Positions 41,139-51,452 of a stretch of 64,000 nucleotides of DNA are shown here, piece after piece. Numbering within the stretch: the stretch's first letter is position 1; every line of letters begins with the position of its first letter. The stretch comes from Nitrososphaeria archaeon (GTDB lineage: Archaea; Thermoproteota; Nitrososphaeria; Geothermarchaeales; JDFR-13): assembly GCA_027078545.1 (NCBI GenBank), contig JALWXN010000004.1:512001-576000 (forward strand). Reading direction: 5' to 3'. The notes under the pieces are model-generated. The model saw nothing but the letters and a program-made list of their open reading frames with translations. It had not been told where the DNA came from and did no database searches. Position numbers and translations under genes: made by a program.

Positions 41139-43396
41139 TCTGGAGGCCTAGGAAGATGATCGCCTGGGACGATCCTAATACTAAGGAGAGCCATCCCTGC
41201 AAACCCCTAGCAAGACATATTGAGGAGATTAGGAAGTTCTATGGCGTACTTAGGAGGCAGTACGACCCAGCTGTAGACCCCAGTCTAATAGGCTGGGCTG
41301 AGGAGATCATAGAGAAGGTCATCGATTATCACGACATGGGGAAGCTGCATCCCGACTGGTCGGTACGCCAGGACAGGAGGACTATAAACCATTCCGAGAT
41401 GTCCGTAAGATGGATACTGGATCACCTCCCAAGCCTCGGGATGCCCGGTATAGATACTAGGGAGTTCTGGCTCATGGTCTACCTCATCCTCAAGCACCAT
41501 AGTAGACTCTCCAAACCCGCTTTGACAGGGATTAGAGACAGGGAGCTAAAGACCTTCCTAGAGGAGTATTTCGAACCGACCATAATGCCAGGCAGTGTCT
41601 CCTTGTTTGACATCCTACTCGGCCTCAGTTTTGAGGAGGCCGTGGTACTGGCGGATCTCTACGGCATGTTCAAGGTCGCTGACATGTTTTCAGCCCTCGA
41701 CATATGTGTAGCGGATATAGATCCCTCACTCCAGATAAGCATAGATAAGGTCAAGAATATGCTTAGTGAGGACGGATCACTAGACATGAACAGGTTTAAC
41801 AGTCAGAAGAAGCTGGTGGATGCTGCTGATATAACCTTGTTGAGGGCGTATACGGGATGGGGCAAGACGACAGCCTCAATACTCTATGCCGTCTCTTCAG
41901 GCAGGAGAAGGGTGTTCTATATCCTCCCAACCATTACAGCCATCAACAAGTTCTATGAGAGGATGAGTAGGGCCTTCGGAGATGTGGTAGGGAAGTATTT
42001 CTACCTGTATGAGTGGGAGAAGGGATCCAAGAAGGATATTGATGACGAGCTGGTGAAGAGGGATCTCCTAAACACGCTGATGATTGAGCGTCTCTTCCTG
42101 AGATACCCAATAACCATAACCACTATCGACCAGCTGATACTCACATTCCTAAGGATATTCAAGTATCACCTACGTAGGTTCAGCTTCTACAACTCGGTTC
42201 TCATCTTCGACGAGGTCCATCTATACACCCCTAGGCTTATGGCACTCCTCCTGTTATTCCTTAGGCAGTTCCACCGTATCTATAGGCTCAGAACCCTCAT
42301 CATGTCCGCCACGCTACCCACTCCATTGATCGACTTTATCAAAGAGTATTTGGGTGCTGATGGTACAAGGGTGGATGTATTTGACCATCGGGACGGTTAT
42401 ATGGGTAGAAGGCGTGTCATGTACGAGGTTAGGGATGAGTCGATATTCGACGTATTGGATGAAGTCGTTAGCCGATTTAATAGGGGGGAGTCAGTACTGG
42501 TTATCCTAAACACGGTTGATAGGGCTGTTGAGGCGGCCCGTCTTCTTAGGGATAAGGTGGGTGGTGACGGCTCATCAGTGGTTCTCCTCCACAGTAGGTA
42601 TATGTATGTGGATAGGGAGAGGATAGAGAGGCGGGTAGAGAGACTCGTCAGGAGTGGTAAACCCCATATCTTCGTCTCCACACAGGTTTCCGAGGTCAGC
42701 CTGGACATATCCTATAGCTATCTCTATACCGAGGCTGCTCCTCTCTCCTCCATCATACAGAGGTTCGGGAGGGTTAATAGGCGTGGTGAGTATGAAACGG
42801 TGATTGACAGGGTGAATGCAACTATACTTACCGAGGTAGGAGGAGATGGAGGGGATTCCGGGAACAAGTATGCCCCATATAGTAAGTATGAGGTGTTGGA
42901 GACCATCGATGTTCTACGGGGTTATGAGGGTGATAAGCTGAGGAATGAGCTCCAGCTCCTCGAGGAGTATGACAGGAGGTTTGATGTAAACGAGTATCTA
43001 AAGGAGCTGAAGAATATGAGGCTAGAGTCCCTCCTTAGGGAGAATGGATATCTAATCGCGCTGGATCTGAGTGAGGAGTCTGTTAAGAAGCTTATAGACT
43101 ATAGGAATAGGGATAGCGTACTCGCCATACCCAATCCCGAGACGATGATCATTGATGATGAGGGTAGGAAGCGTGAGTTGGCCGAGCTCATAGAAACCCT
43201 GAGCAGCCCCGGCCTGCCATATGAGGATAGGCGGATCCTGCTTACAAGGCTGAAGGGATACCTCGTGCCCATGCCGATCTACTTCCTCGCTGAGGGGGGC
43301 CGTTGGAGGGGCTTCCCCATCGTCGATATGGATGGATACGTGTATAGTCCGTATTATGGATTTGCGAAGGTAGAGGTGATAGAGTATGTCCACTAA
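41135..43396 (+). CDS. cas3: Cas3 (fused HD + helicase)
   Basis: HDMGK, HH, TGWGKT, DEVH, MSAT, LHSR, STQVSEVSLDI and QRFGRVNR. Confidence 0.95.
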   Translation: MIWRPRKMIAWDDPNTKESHPCKPLARHIEEIRKFYGVLRRQYDPAVDPSLIGWAEEIIEKVIDYHDMGKLHPDWSVRQDRRTINHSEMSVRWILDHLPSLGMPGIDTREFWLMVYLILKHHSRLSKPALTGIRDRELKTFLEEYFEPTIMPGSVSLFDILLGLSFEEAVVLADLYGMFKVADMFSALDICVADIDPSLQISIDKVKNMLSEDGSLDMNRFNSQKKLVDAADITLLRAYTGWGKTTASILYAVSSGRRRVFYILPTITAINKFYERMSRAFGDVVGKYFYLYEWEKGSKKDIDDELVKRDLLNTLMIERLFLRYPITITTIDQLILTFLRIFKYHLRRFSFYNSVLIFDEVHLYTPRLMALLLLFLRQFHRIYRLRTLIMSATLPTPLIDFIKEYLGADGTRVDVFDHRDGYMGRRRVMYEVRDESIFDVLDEVVSRFNRGESVLVILNTVDRAVEAARLLRDKVGGDGSSVVLLHSRYMYVDRERIERRVERLVRSGKPHIFVSTQVSEVSLDISYSYLYTEAAPLSSIIQRFGRVNRRGEYETVIDRVNATILTEVGGDGGDSGNKYAPYSKYEVLETIDVLRGYEGDKLRNELQLLEEYDRRFDVNEYLKELKNMRLESLLRENGYLIALDLSEESVKKLIDYRNRDSVLAIPNPETMIIDDEGRKRELAELIETLSSPGLPYEDRRILLTRLKGYLVPMPIYFLAEGGRWRGFPIVDMDGYVYSPYYGFAKVEVIEYVH

Positions 43397-44363
43397 GAGT
43401 ATAAATTACTGGGAGGAGATCAATAGATGGCTTAGTCTTAGAAGAAAATATACATATACCCTAGAAATAGCAGCCCATAATATTTCTGGTATTAACTTCA
43501 TGAGTACGAGGGGACCAGCAAAAAGATTGGATGATGATTTAAAAGAAGGGAGGGACTACTTCGATAGCCTTATTGAGGTCTTAGATCATATGAAACGGTC
43601 AGACGAATACAAAGCCAGCGTTGTTCCAACTATGGTGTCTTGGAATAAAGGAAGGGGTCTATGGATAAAAAATGTCGAGCCATCGAGTATTGAGAAGGGA
43701 TATTTTGCATATATGGTTACAACTGGACTTGGTTATAGACCTCATAGGGAAGCTATAGTCATTGTTAACTTCATAGGCGATATGGATTTGGAGTCTAAGG
43801 CCAAGCTATGGCAGTATATCTTCCGGAGGGAGGATATAGGGTCGCCATTAAGACCTAATTGGAAGGTAATTAGCAGTGGCTCATTCGACTACGATATTCC
43901 CTTAAATGTAGAGGGGAAGCCCTTGTCGTACGTATTCGCAACGGCTATCCTTATACAGTATGCAAAGTTTCTGGGACAGACACAGGCATTAGACCCGGAT
44001 GCCGATCTCTCTATGGTGGTGCTAACGGTAGGAAGGAGTATACCCAATGAGCTCCAGGTATTTACACGGATAAACAGACTGGTGGGGCATTGGTTCGACG
44101 ATGTTATTAATAATAAGGGTAGGGGTTCAAGCGGCTTCGGACGCTTCGTCGGGTCACTCTACATATCTGATATGAAGTATAGGGATAAGTCTGTATCCAT
44201 GCTTAACAAGTTCCTCCACAGTTTCCTCAATGGCCAGGTGTCTGGTGAGCTCCTGGATAAGCTGATAAACCTAAGGGTCACATACATGTTGGGTGAGGTT
44301 ATTAAGAGCAAGGGTCGTGCCTATGGATTCCGGGGAGCCCAGTTCTTCTTCTCCAAGCTATGA
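43386..44363 (+). CDS. Probable type I-A large subunit Cas8a (divergent)
   Basis: Sits between cas3 and cas4 in an operon with no other Cas8 candidate; about 325 aa; no strong motif recognised. Confidence 0.55.
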   Translation: MSTKSINYWEEINRWLSLRRKYTYTLEIAAHNISGINFMSTRGPAKRLDDDLKEGRDYFDSLIEVLDHMKRSDEYKASVVPTMVSWNKGRGLWIKNVEPSSIEKGYFAYMVTTGLGYRPHREAIVIVNFIGDMDLESKAKLWQYIFRREDIGSPLRPNWKVISSGSFDYDIPLNVEGKPLSYVFATAILIQYAKFLGQTQALDPDADLSMVVLTVGRSIPNELQVFTRINRLVGHWFDDVINNKGRGSSGFGRFVGSLYISDMKYRDKSVSMLNKFLHSFLNGQVSGELLDKLINLRVTYMLGEVIKSKGRAYGFRGAQFFFSKL

Positions 44364-44373
44364 GGACTTCCCA

Positions 44374-44883
44374 TTGGATGAGTTTGTCAGGGGCGTCGAG
44401 ATATATTATTCAGTCGTCTGCCCCACCAAGCTATGGCTCTTCATGAAGGGCCTGGGTAGGGAGCATGAGAGCAGCCTCGTGATACTCGGTCGGCTACTAC
44501 ATGAGAGGTTCTTCAAGAGGAGGGTGAAGAACGTACTTGTTGAGGAGAAGGCCTCGATCGACTTCCTATCCTATGGAGATAAGATAGTCATCCATGAGGT
44601 GAAGCATAGTGATAAGCTCAGCCATGCTGATAGGCTACAGATAATGTACTACATCCTAGTCCTCCTGAACAAGGGTGTGAATAAGGTCTACGGCGTCATC
44701 CACTATCCTAGGCAGAGGAGGAGGGAGAGGGTACGCCTAACCAAGGAGGGGTATAGGGAGATTATGGAGAGGATAAGGTTTATCGAGGAGCTCCGGAATA
44801 GTGATGAGATGCCCCCGCCGGAGTGGAAGCCGATATGTAGGAGGTGTAGCTACCACGAGTTCTGCTGGCTGGAGGGGAGGTAG
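44374..44883 (+). CDS. cas4: Cas4
   Basis: Y..VCPTKLWLF, GRLLHE, ID...EVK, QI.YY and CRRCSYHEFC. The TTG start is inferred. Confidence 0.93.
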   Translation: MDEFVRGVEIYYSVVCPTKLWLFMKGLGREHESSLVILGRLLHERFFKRRVKNVLVEEKASIDFLSYGDKIVIHEVKHSDKLSHADRLQIMYYILVLLNKGVNKVYGVIHYPRQRRRERVRLTKEGYREIMERIRFIEELRNSDEMPPPEWKPICRRCSYHEFCWLEGR

Positions 44884-44921
44884 TGGGGCTAAGAGTATGT
44901 CTCCCCCAATATTTATAGGGG

Positions 44922-45932
44922 TTGTCCGTCTTGGCGAAGGTGAACTACTACCTAGTCAACCATGGTAAGCTTGTGAGGAAGGCCAACACCGTCTACTTCT
45001 ACAGGGTGGGCGAAAAAGGTATAGACAAGATACCCATACCAGTCAAGAAGATACACGCGGTCTACTGCCTCGCCCGTATAGGCCTCTCCTCAGGGGTGAT
45101 ATCATACCTATCCAAGCATAGGGTCCCTGTACACTTCTACAACAAGTATGGGGTCTACCTAGCCACACTATACCCCAGGAAATACCTCCTCTCAGGCTAT
45201 CTCCTGGTGAGGCAGGCTCTACACCACATATCCAGGTGGAGACGCCTATTCATAGCTAGGCAGATAGTGAAGGGAGCGATCTCAAACATGATTCGGAACC
45301 TTGAGAAGCAGGGGCAGAGGATGGATCTGAATAGGGAGATAGAGCTTCTAAAGAAGTTCCTCTCCGAGGTGGATCGTGTCAGGAGTGTTCAGGAGTTGAT
45401 GGGTGTGGAGGGGAATGCTAGGCATGAGTACTACAGGTCTTTCAACAAGATACTCGGGGGGAGGATGACGTATAGTAGGAGGAGTAGGAGGCCTCCCGAG
45501 ACTATGCTCGACGCCTTGATAAGCTTTGGAAACAGCCTACTATACGGCACAGTCCTGACAGAGATATATCATACCCAGCTAGACCCAACCATAAGCTATC
45601 TACACCAGCCATATGAGCGTAGGTATAGCCTAGCACTCGACATAGCCGAGATCTTCAAGCCGATAATAGTTGACCGGGTGATCTTCACACTGGTGAATAA
45701 GAAGATCATTGGGGAGGAGGATTTCAGGAGGGAGTTGAACGCCATCCTCCTGAATACTGAGGGGAAGAGGAAGTTCCTCAAGGAGTATGAGGGTAAGCTA
45801 CAGTCAACCATTAGGCACCGGGGCCTAGGGAGGAAGGTCAGCCATCAACGCCTCATAAGGCTGGAATGCTACAAGCTCATCAAGCATCTACTAGGCACCT
45901 CGGAATACCGACCCCTGGTAGCCTGGTGGTGA
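44922..45932 (+). CDS. cas1: Cas1
   Basis: EGNAR..YY, RSRRPP...DALISFGNSLLY, SYLH.P and LDIAEIFKP. Confidence 0.97.
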   Translation: MSVLAKVNYYLVNHGKLVRKANTVYFYRVGEKGIDKIPIPVKKIHAVYCLARIGLSSGVISYLSKHRVPVHFYNKYGVYLATLYPRKYLLSGYLLVRQALHHISRWRRLFIARQIVKGAISNMIRNLEKQGQRMDLNREIELLKKFLSEVDRVRSVQELMGVEGNARHEYYRSFNKILGGRMTYSRRSRRPPETMLDALISFGNSLLYGTVLTEIYHTQLDPTISYLHQPYERRYSLALDIAEIFKPIIVDRVIFTLVNKKIIGEEDFRRELNAILLNTEGKRKFLKEYEGKLQSTIRHRGLGRKVSHQRLIRLECYKLIKHLLGTSEYRPLVAWW

Positions 45933-45934
45933 GG

Positions 45935-46204
45935 ATGTACGTCATACTAACATACGACGTGAATGTGGAGAGGCTAGCGAAGGTTCTGAAGTATCTCAGG
46001 CAGTATATGGTCTGGGTACAGAACAGCGTCTTCGAGGGAGACCTGACCAGTGCAGAGCTTATGGAGATGCTCGACGGCCTAAAGGAGCTGATCGATGAGG
46101 ATGAGGACAGCATCAGGATCTACATCCTACCCTCGAAGAAGATCCTGGGGACCCTAATCATAGGAAGGAGATATGACACTTCACATGAGGACACGATCCT
46201 CTGA
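45935..46204 (+). CDS. cas2: Cas2
   Basis: MYVILTYDV...WVQNSVFEG...DSIRIY; start at ATG 45935. Confidence 0.95.
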   Translation: MYVILTYDVNVERLAKVLKYLRQYMVWVQNSVFEGDLTSAELMEMLDGLKELIDEDEDSIRIYILPSKKILGTLIIGRRYDTSHEDTIL

Positions 46205-46292
46205 TGGGATAACCATCGAGTTAGACCCCTGCCTAAGCCGGGAGCATCGGAGCGGCTCCTTATAATGGCTCCATCCCCAGATTGGCTTTGAC

Positions 46293-47384
46293 ATGGATAG
46301 GGGGTATCTCGCCGCCCTCACTGGTGTTGTGGGTCTATACACTGCTTTGGCGGGGCTATACTTCGACATTGCTTATCACCACGTCTTCCCCTTTGAGGCC
46401 TTCTGGAGCAACCCACACATATTGATGTATAGTGGGTTGGCGCTGGCCTTCCTCGTGGGTGGCTATCTACTCATTGATCCGGGGCTTAGGAGGGGGTTTG
46501 GAGGCTCGACTATCAGGATCCTGGGCCTGGAGATATCTCCCTACACCCTCCTCTACAGCCTCTCATGTATATCCGCCCTCCTCGCCGGCTACCTAGACAG
46601 TATATGGCATGGTATCTGGGGGAGCTTCGAGAGCTCCTACAGCTATCCACATACATTGGCACTCACTTCGAGCATCACGGCTGCCCTCGTCCTGGTGACG
46701 GTCCTCGTGAGGGAGTATAGATCCTCCATACTGGCGTCGTCAATATTCCTGGCAGGTATAGGAATGGCCCTCTTCAGAACCTTTATAGGCCCATTCTCAA
46801 ACCCCAGGGCCCTCTTCGAGGAGCTGGCCTCGGGGACTGGTCTGGGGCACCACTTCGAGGGGGAGTCGACCCTCCTCTGGGAGAAGTACTTGGAGAAGGG
46901 GCTCTACGCGGAGAACCCCCTACTCGCACCCATGGTGGTGGCCCTGGTCTACGCCTCGGTACTCATGCTTGCGTATCAATATACCGGGGCTAGGGAGGCG
47001 GTGCTCTATACCGGGCTACTGGTCACGGGCCTAATGCTCATATTCTACTTCTCCGTAGATCTGGCCGGGTATAACCCTGTATATAGGAGTCCACTCGCCC
47101 TCTCAGCCCCAATAATGGCGATGGCCATCTATCTACTTGGAGTCCCCAGGGGGTTCTTCGTGGCGACACTCGTCCCGGGGCTCCTCCACATCCTGCTCAT
47201 CGCTCCGGAACCACTTGCCCTGGTAACATCCTTGGTTGGAGGTGCTCTAGGCATCGCCATATCCGTGACTGCGTATCGTGGACTGATAAACATTGGTAGG
47301 TGGACACTCGGCCTAGTAGCAGTGTTCTTCGTAGCCGTGCCCATCGTCCTGGGCTATGCAGACATATATATCCGGTTCCTATAG
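46293..47384 (+). CDS. Polytopic membrane protein with duplicated D-x3-H-x12/13-H motif
   Basis: About 10 hydrophobic segments; DIAYHHVFPFEAFWSNPH and DSIWHGIWGSFESSYSYPH. Confidence 0.75.
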   Translation: MDRGYLAALTGVVGLYTALAGLYFDIAYHHVFPFEAFWSNPHILMYSGLALAFLVGGYLLIDPGLRRGFGGSTIRILGLEISPYTLLYSLSCISALLAGYLDSIWHGIWGSFESSYSYPHTLALTSSITAALVLVTVLVREYRSSILASSIFLAGIGMALFRTFIGPFSNPRALFEELASGTGLGHHFEGESTLLWEKYLEKGLYAENPLLAPMVVALVYASVLMLAYQYTGAREAVLYTGLLVTGLMLIFYFSVDLAGYNPVYRSPLALSAPIMAMAIYLLGVPRGFFVATLVPGLLHILLIAPEPLALVTSLVGGALGIAISVTAYRGLINIGRWTLGLVAVFFVAVPIVLGYADIYIRFL

Positions 47385-47386
47385 CG

Positions 47387-48415
47387 CTAGAGTATGATTC
47401 CTGGAGTCGCTACGAAGCCTATGTAGGCTAGGTACCAGCCCAGTATGAATACTGCCGCTGTGACTATGAGGTAGGCCCAGTCCCTAGCGTTTAGCCTCCT
47501 CTCGATCAGGTATGTCCTGTTGGGCTTTGCCCTGAATGCCCTGAGATCAGCGGCTATCGCCATGTTGCTACCCCTCCTCAGACTGCTGAGTATCAGTGGG
47601 ACGGTCATGTGTCTAAAGACCTTGATAGCGTTCCTCAGAGCCTTCAGGAGCTCCCTGGGATCCCTGCTCCTAGGCGGGCTCATCGAAAGCCCCCTCACCT
47701 TAGCCGCGTTTATGATGGTGTTGGCGTCCTCGAATAGGCTGGGTATAAGCCTTATACCTATGACTACTGCGAAGCTGAGGATGTATGGTACACCTATCCT
47801 GAAGTCCCCCCTCTTGATGAAGTTTGTCAGGCCTAGTAGGAGTGCGTTGGGAGCTGTTGAGATTGCTAGGAGTAGGCCGCTCCCAGCTGCAACCAGTATC
47901 CTCAGGCTCTGGAAGGCTCCGTAGTACATGCCCTCCAGCGTGAGTATATGCCCACCGAGGATGTAGTCTAGTCCGGGGTGCATCTCATAGATCGGGGTGA
48001 CGTCGTATATGAAGCTCCTGCTCCACCAGTCGTAGCCATAGCGTATCCCCTGGTAGAATATGCTGTTGATGGGTATGGGTAGGAGTAGGACAAGCATCGT
48101 TATCAGCTTGTCCCTAGGAGGCTTAGCCGCTATCCACATGAGGACTACCCATAGGAATAGTAGGCTCAGGATGAGTAGGTCGTCGAGGATCGAGGCTAGA
48201 AGTGTGACTGTGAATGTCCAGAATATCTTGACCCTCGGGTCAAGCCTGTGGAAGAAGCTGTCCCTCTCCTCGTATAGGAAGAACCTCCTAAGGGCGCCCC
48301 TAAGGATCAGCCTGTAGATCAGGAGGATTATGACTCCGGGGCCCAGGATGAAGAATACCGTGAAGTCGAATAGGAATTTGAGTGTGTCTAGGAGTATGGC
48401 TAATACATCCTCCAT
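47387..48415 (-). CDS. ecfT: ECF transporter transmembrane component T
   Basis: SFFHRLDPRVK, R.IP......I.NA.KVRG and A.AADLRAF coupling motifs. Confidence 0.9.
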   Translation of the reverse strand: MEDVLAILLDTLKFLFDFTVFFILGPGVIILLIYRLILRGALRRFFLYEERDSFFHRLDPRVKIFWTFTVTLLASILDDLLILSLLFLWVVLMWIAAKPPRDKLITMLVLLLPIPINSIFYQGIRYGYDWWSRSFIYDVTPIYEMHPGLDYILGGHILTLEGMYYGAFQSLRILVAAGSGLLLAISTAPNALLLGLTNFIKRGDFRIGVPYILSFAVVIGIRLIPSLFEDANTIINAAKVRGLSMSPPRSRDPRELLKALRNAIKVFRHMTVPLILSSLRRGSNMAIAADLRAFRAKPNRTYLIERRLNARDWAYLIVTAAVFILGWYLAYIGFVATPGIIL

Positions 48416-48421
48416 GCCTGG

Positions 48422-50128
48422 TCACCCCGTCTCTACCGGCTTGATAACCTCTAGGAAGTCCTCGACGCTGAGTATAGCTGGCCTGTCGGGGAAGATGTTC
48501 ATCCCGAGCTGGGTTATGTATGGTGGTAGGATGTCGTAGTTGGGTAGCCACTCGCTTGTGAAGAGCTCTCCAGGCTCGCCGTCGAAGACTATCTCACCGT
48601 TATGCATCAGTATAACCCTGTCGGCATACTCGGCTACGACCCTCATGTCATGGGTTATGAAGATCACTGTTATCCCCCTCTCCCTATTCAGCCTCCTAGC
48701 TAGGTCCATGAGCTTGACTGAGTGTCCCCAGTCCTGGCCGGTGGTCGGCTCGTCGAGTATGAGTATCTTCGGCTGCATAGTCAGTATCGTGGCTACAGCC
48801 AGCCTCCTCCTCTGCCCCCTGCTCAGGCTCTGTGGATGCCTATCCCTAAACTTCTCGAGGCCCAGCACCTGCAGAGCGTCCTCCACCCTCCTCCTAACCT
48901 CCTCCTCGTCCAGCCCCAGGTTCCTCGGGCCGAAGGCCAGCTCATCCTCCACAGTATTTGTGAAGAGCTGGTGATCCGGGTTCTGGAATACATAGCCTAC
49001 ATACTTGATTATCTCGGTCATAGGGGTCTCCCTAACATCGTGGCCATATATCCTGGCTGTACCCCTCGTAGGCTTTAAGAGGCCTACCAGGATCTGGCTC
49101 AGGGTGGACTTTCCGCTCCCATTCCTCCCTATTATGGCTACGAACTCCCCCTCCCATATCTTGAGGGAGACCCCTTTAAGCGCGGTCACCCCGTTGGGGT
49201 ATGTATGCCAGAGATCCTCCACCTCGATCGCTATCCTCCCCCCACTACCTACACCCTGCCCGGGCCTATCGATCCTGACTGGTCCGTTCACTAGTGGCTT
49301 GAAGAGCTGGACACCCTCCTCGAGGCTTATCGGCATACCGTCTCTCCAGCCATATTTATATGCGGCCTCGGAGATCTGTGGGGGTCTGACACCCTTCTCC
49401 AAGAACTCGTTGAGCCTTGTATATGCCTTGTGGGGCTCGTCGTCAACGATTATCTCCCCCTCCTCCATGAGTATTATCCTATCGGCGTACTTCGATACCT
49501 CGTCAAGCCTATGCTCGATCAGTATGACGGTTACGTCCCTCCTCCTCTGTATCTCGCTTATCACGCTTAGGACGGCCATAGCCCCCTGTGGATCGAGGTC
49601 TGAGGTCGGCTCGTCAAAGATTATTATCTCCGGCTCCATAGCCAGTATACCCGCTATAGCCGTCCTCTGCTTCTGCCCACCGCTCAGGGCGAATATGGGC
49701 CTATCCCTAATCTCGTATACACCCGCATCCCTCATAGCCCTCTCGACGCGGCGGATAATCTCCTCCTTAGGCATAGCCAGGTTCTCCGGTCCGAATGCCA
49801 CGTCCTCCTCCACGGTCAGGGCGAAGAGCTGGTCCTCAGGGTTCTGCAGTACCACCCCGACCAGCTGGGTCAGCTGGTGTAGAGGCTTCGTCTTGGTATC
49901 TATACCCTTCACCAGGACACGGCCCTTCATAACCCCCTTGTCGATGACGTGGGGGATGTATCCACAGATCGTCAGTGCCAATGTAGATTTTCCACACCCA
50001 CTCCTACCCGTGAGGACTATGAACTCCCCCTTCCTAACCTCTAGGTTTATCCCCTTGAGGACCCACTCATCGCTGAATGGATATTTATACCAGAGATCCT
50101 CTATCCGGAGTACGACCTCCCTACTCAT
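48422..50128 (-). CDS. ECF transporter fused double ATPase (A-A')
   Basis: Two ABC domains: GRSGCGKST/QNPEDQ/LSGGQ/DEPT and GRNGSGKST/QNPDHQ/LSRGQ/DEPT. Confidence 0.94.
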   Translation of the reverse strand: MSREVVLRIEDLWYKYPFSDEWVLKGINLEVRKGEFIVLTGRSGCGKSTLALTICGYIPHVIDKGVMKGRVLVKGIDTKTKPLHQLTQLVGVVLQNPEDQLFALTVEEDVAFGPENLAMPKEEIIRRVERAMRDAGVYEIRDRPIFALSGGQKQRTAIAGILAMEPEIIIFDEPTSDLDPQGAMAVLSVISEIQRRRDVTVILIEHRLDEVSKYADRIILMEEGEIIVDDEPHKAYTRLNEFLEKGVRPPQISEAAYKYGWRDGMPISLEEGVQLFKPLVNGPVRIDRPGQGVGSGGRIAIEVEDLWHTYPNGVTALKGVSLKIWEGEFVAIIGRNGSGKSTLSQILVGLLKPTRGTARIYGHDVRETPMTEIIKYVGYVFQNPDHQLFTNTVEDELAFGPRNLGLDEEEVRRRVEDALQVLGLEKFRDRHPQSLSRGQRRRLAVATILTMQPKILILDEPTTGQDWGHSVKLMDLARRLNRERGITVIFITHDMRVVAEYADRVILMHNGEIVFDGEPGELFTSEWLPNYDILPPYITQLGMNIFPDRPAILSVEDFLEVIKPVETG

Positions 50129-50203
50129 GCCCTCTATCCCCGGTGGGGATGTCTAGATAGTATCATGACATGGATGTATAAAAAGTGGGGATGGATAGCG
50201 GGC

Positions 50204-51388
50204 TCAGGGTATCAGCCTCTCAAGCACCTTGAATAGTGGCAGTGCGACGAAGGCTCCGTAGATCATGTTGAATACCGTCATCGTTATGGTATGCATGTAG
50301 ACGACGTAGCTCGTGGTGTAGAAGTGGTTGAGGTATGGGTAGAAGACGTAGTAGAGTGATATCCATGCGAAGAAGGCCCTGAGCCCGCCTATAAGGGCCG
50401 CGTCGATGACGGCCCATATACCCTTGGGCCTGGGTATCGTTGCTCCCTCGGCCTGGCTTAGGAAGTACTTGTTGGAGATTGCTAGGTACATATCCACGGG
50501 GACGGCCTGGGCCAGGGCGTAGACATACCACCTTATGTCGAAGCCGTAGAACATGAGCTGGCTCGTGAACTGGTAGACAAACTGGATGAATGTTGCTACC
50601 CCGGGCTTCCTAACTATCAATACGCCTAGTACGAAGAATGTGGCGTATCCTATGTCGCCGATCGCATAGTTCACGAATGGTATGGGTAGCCTGTTCGTCA
50701 TCGCGAAGAATCCTAGGCTACGCCCTATTACCTGTACCCAGACCGTTAGGAATATGCCGAATATCGTGGAGTATATGATGTCCTTAGTCTTGAATGATGC
50801 GCCGTAGAGCTTACCCTTTTCAATGGCGTAGAAGGTGGCGCCTATAGCCACTACCGAGACTATCAACGTGCCTAGATACACCATGAATGGCTCTGGCACG
50901 AATGGCCTCTTATAGGTCTCCTGGAACACCACGTTACCCTCTGCATCCATGATCGTCAATACGAAGTCGACGGCCTTCGGCTCAATAGTCTCCGGCACCG
51001 CTAGCTGGAAGGATAGCCTCTTGGTATCGCCGGGCTGGAGACCTGTAACATTGGCTATGAAGTAGGATCCGTCATCCGATGCCACGCCATCCCTCGGGGG
51101 CCTGAGAACCTTGAACCCGGCCTCTACAGGTACCTCGAGCTTCACCGTGAGGAGGTCGATGGGCTCGCTCCCCTCATTAGTGATGTATATGGCTCCCCAG
51201 AAGGAGCCCTGCCCCCTGAAGCCGCCGGATATTATGACCTGCTCATTGGTCTGGGCCTTGAAGGTCGTGTTGTAGTAGTGGGGGAAGTAGAACTCGACGT
51301 CGATGCTGGGCTGTGCCACCGCGTCGATGGGCGCTAGGACTAGGAGGGCTAGGATGAGGATTGGTAGGAGGGTGTGGACACCCCTCAT
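50204..51388 (-). CDS. ECF S-component (YkoE-like) fused to a signal peptide and extracellular beta-rich domain
   Basis: Signal peptide, about 140 aa beta-sandwich-like region and TM helix, then KTKDII...IVRKPGVAT multi-TM S-component-like region; in the ECF operon. Confidence 0.68.
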   Translation of the reverse strand: MRGVHTLLPILILALLVLAPIDAVAQPSIDVEFYFPHYYNTTFKAQTNEQVIISGGFRGQGSFWGAIYITNEGSEPIDLLTVKLEVPVEAGFKVLRPPRDGVASDDGSYFIANVTGLQPGDTKRLSFQLAVPETIEPKAVDFVLTIMDAEGNVVFQETYKRPFVPEPFMVYLGTLIVSVVAIGATFYAIEKGKLYGASFKTKDIIYSTIFGIFLTVWVQVIGRSLGFFAMTNRLPIPFVNYAIGDIGYATFFVLGVLIVRKPGVATFIQFVYQFTSQLMFYGFDIRWYVYALAQAVPVDMYLAISNKYFLSQAEGATIPRPKGIWAVIDAALIGGLRAFFAWISLYYVFYPYLNHFYTTSYVVYMHTITMTVFNMIYGAFVALPLFKVLERLIP

Positions 51389-51452
51389 CTCACCAATGTA
51401 AAAAACATTTACTGTATATGTATGGATTTTACCTATATGTTTAAAATCTGGG

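Noticed and set aside
49005-50156. 383-aa + strand ORF (also 39135-39977 on - and many other antisense ORFs)
   Set aside because: They are shadow frames opposite well-supported genes, are Ser/Pro-rich and have no motifs.
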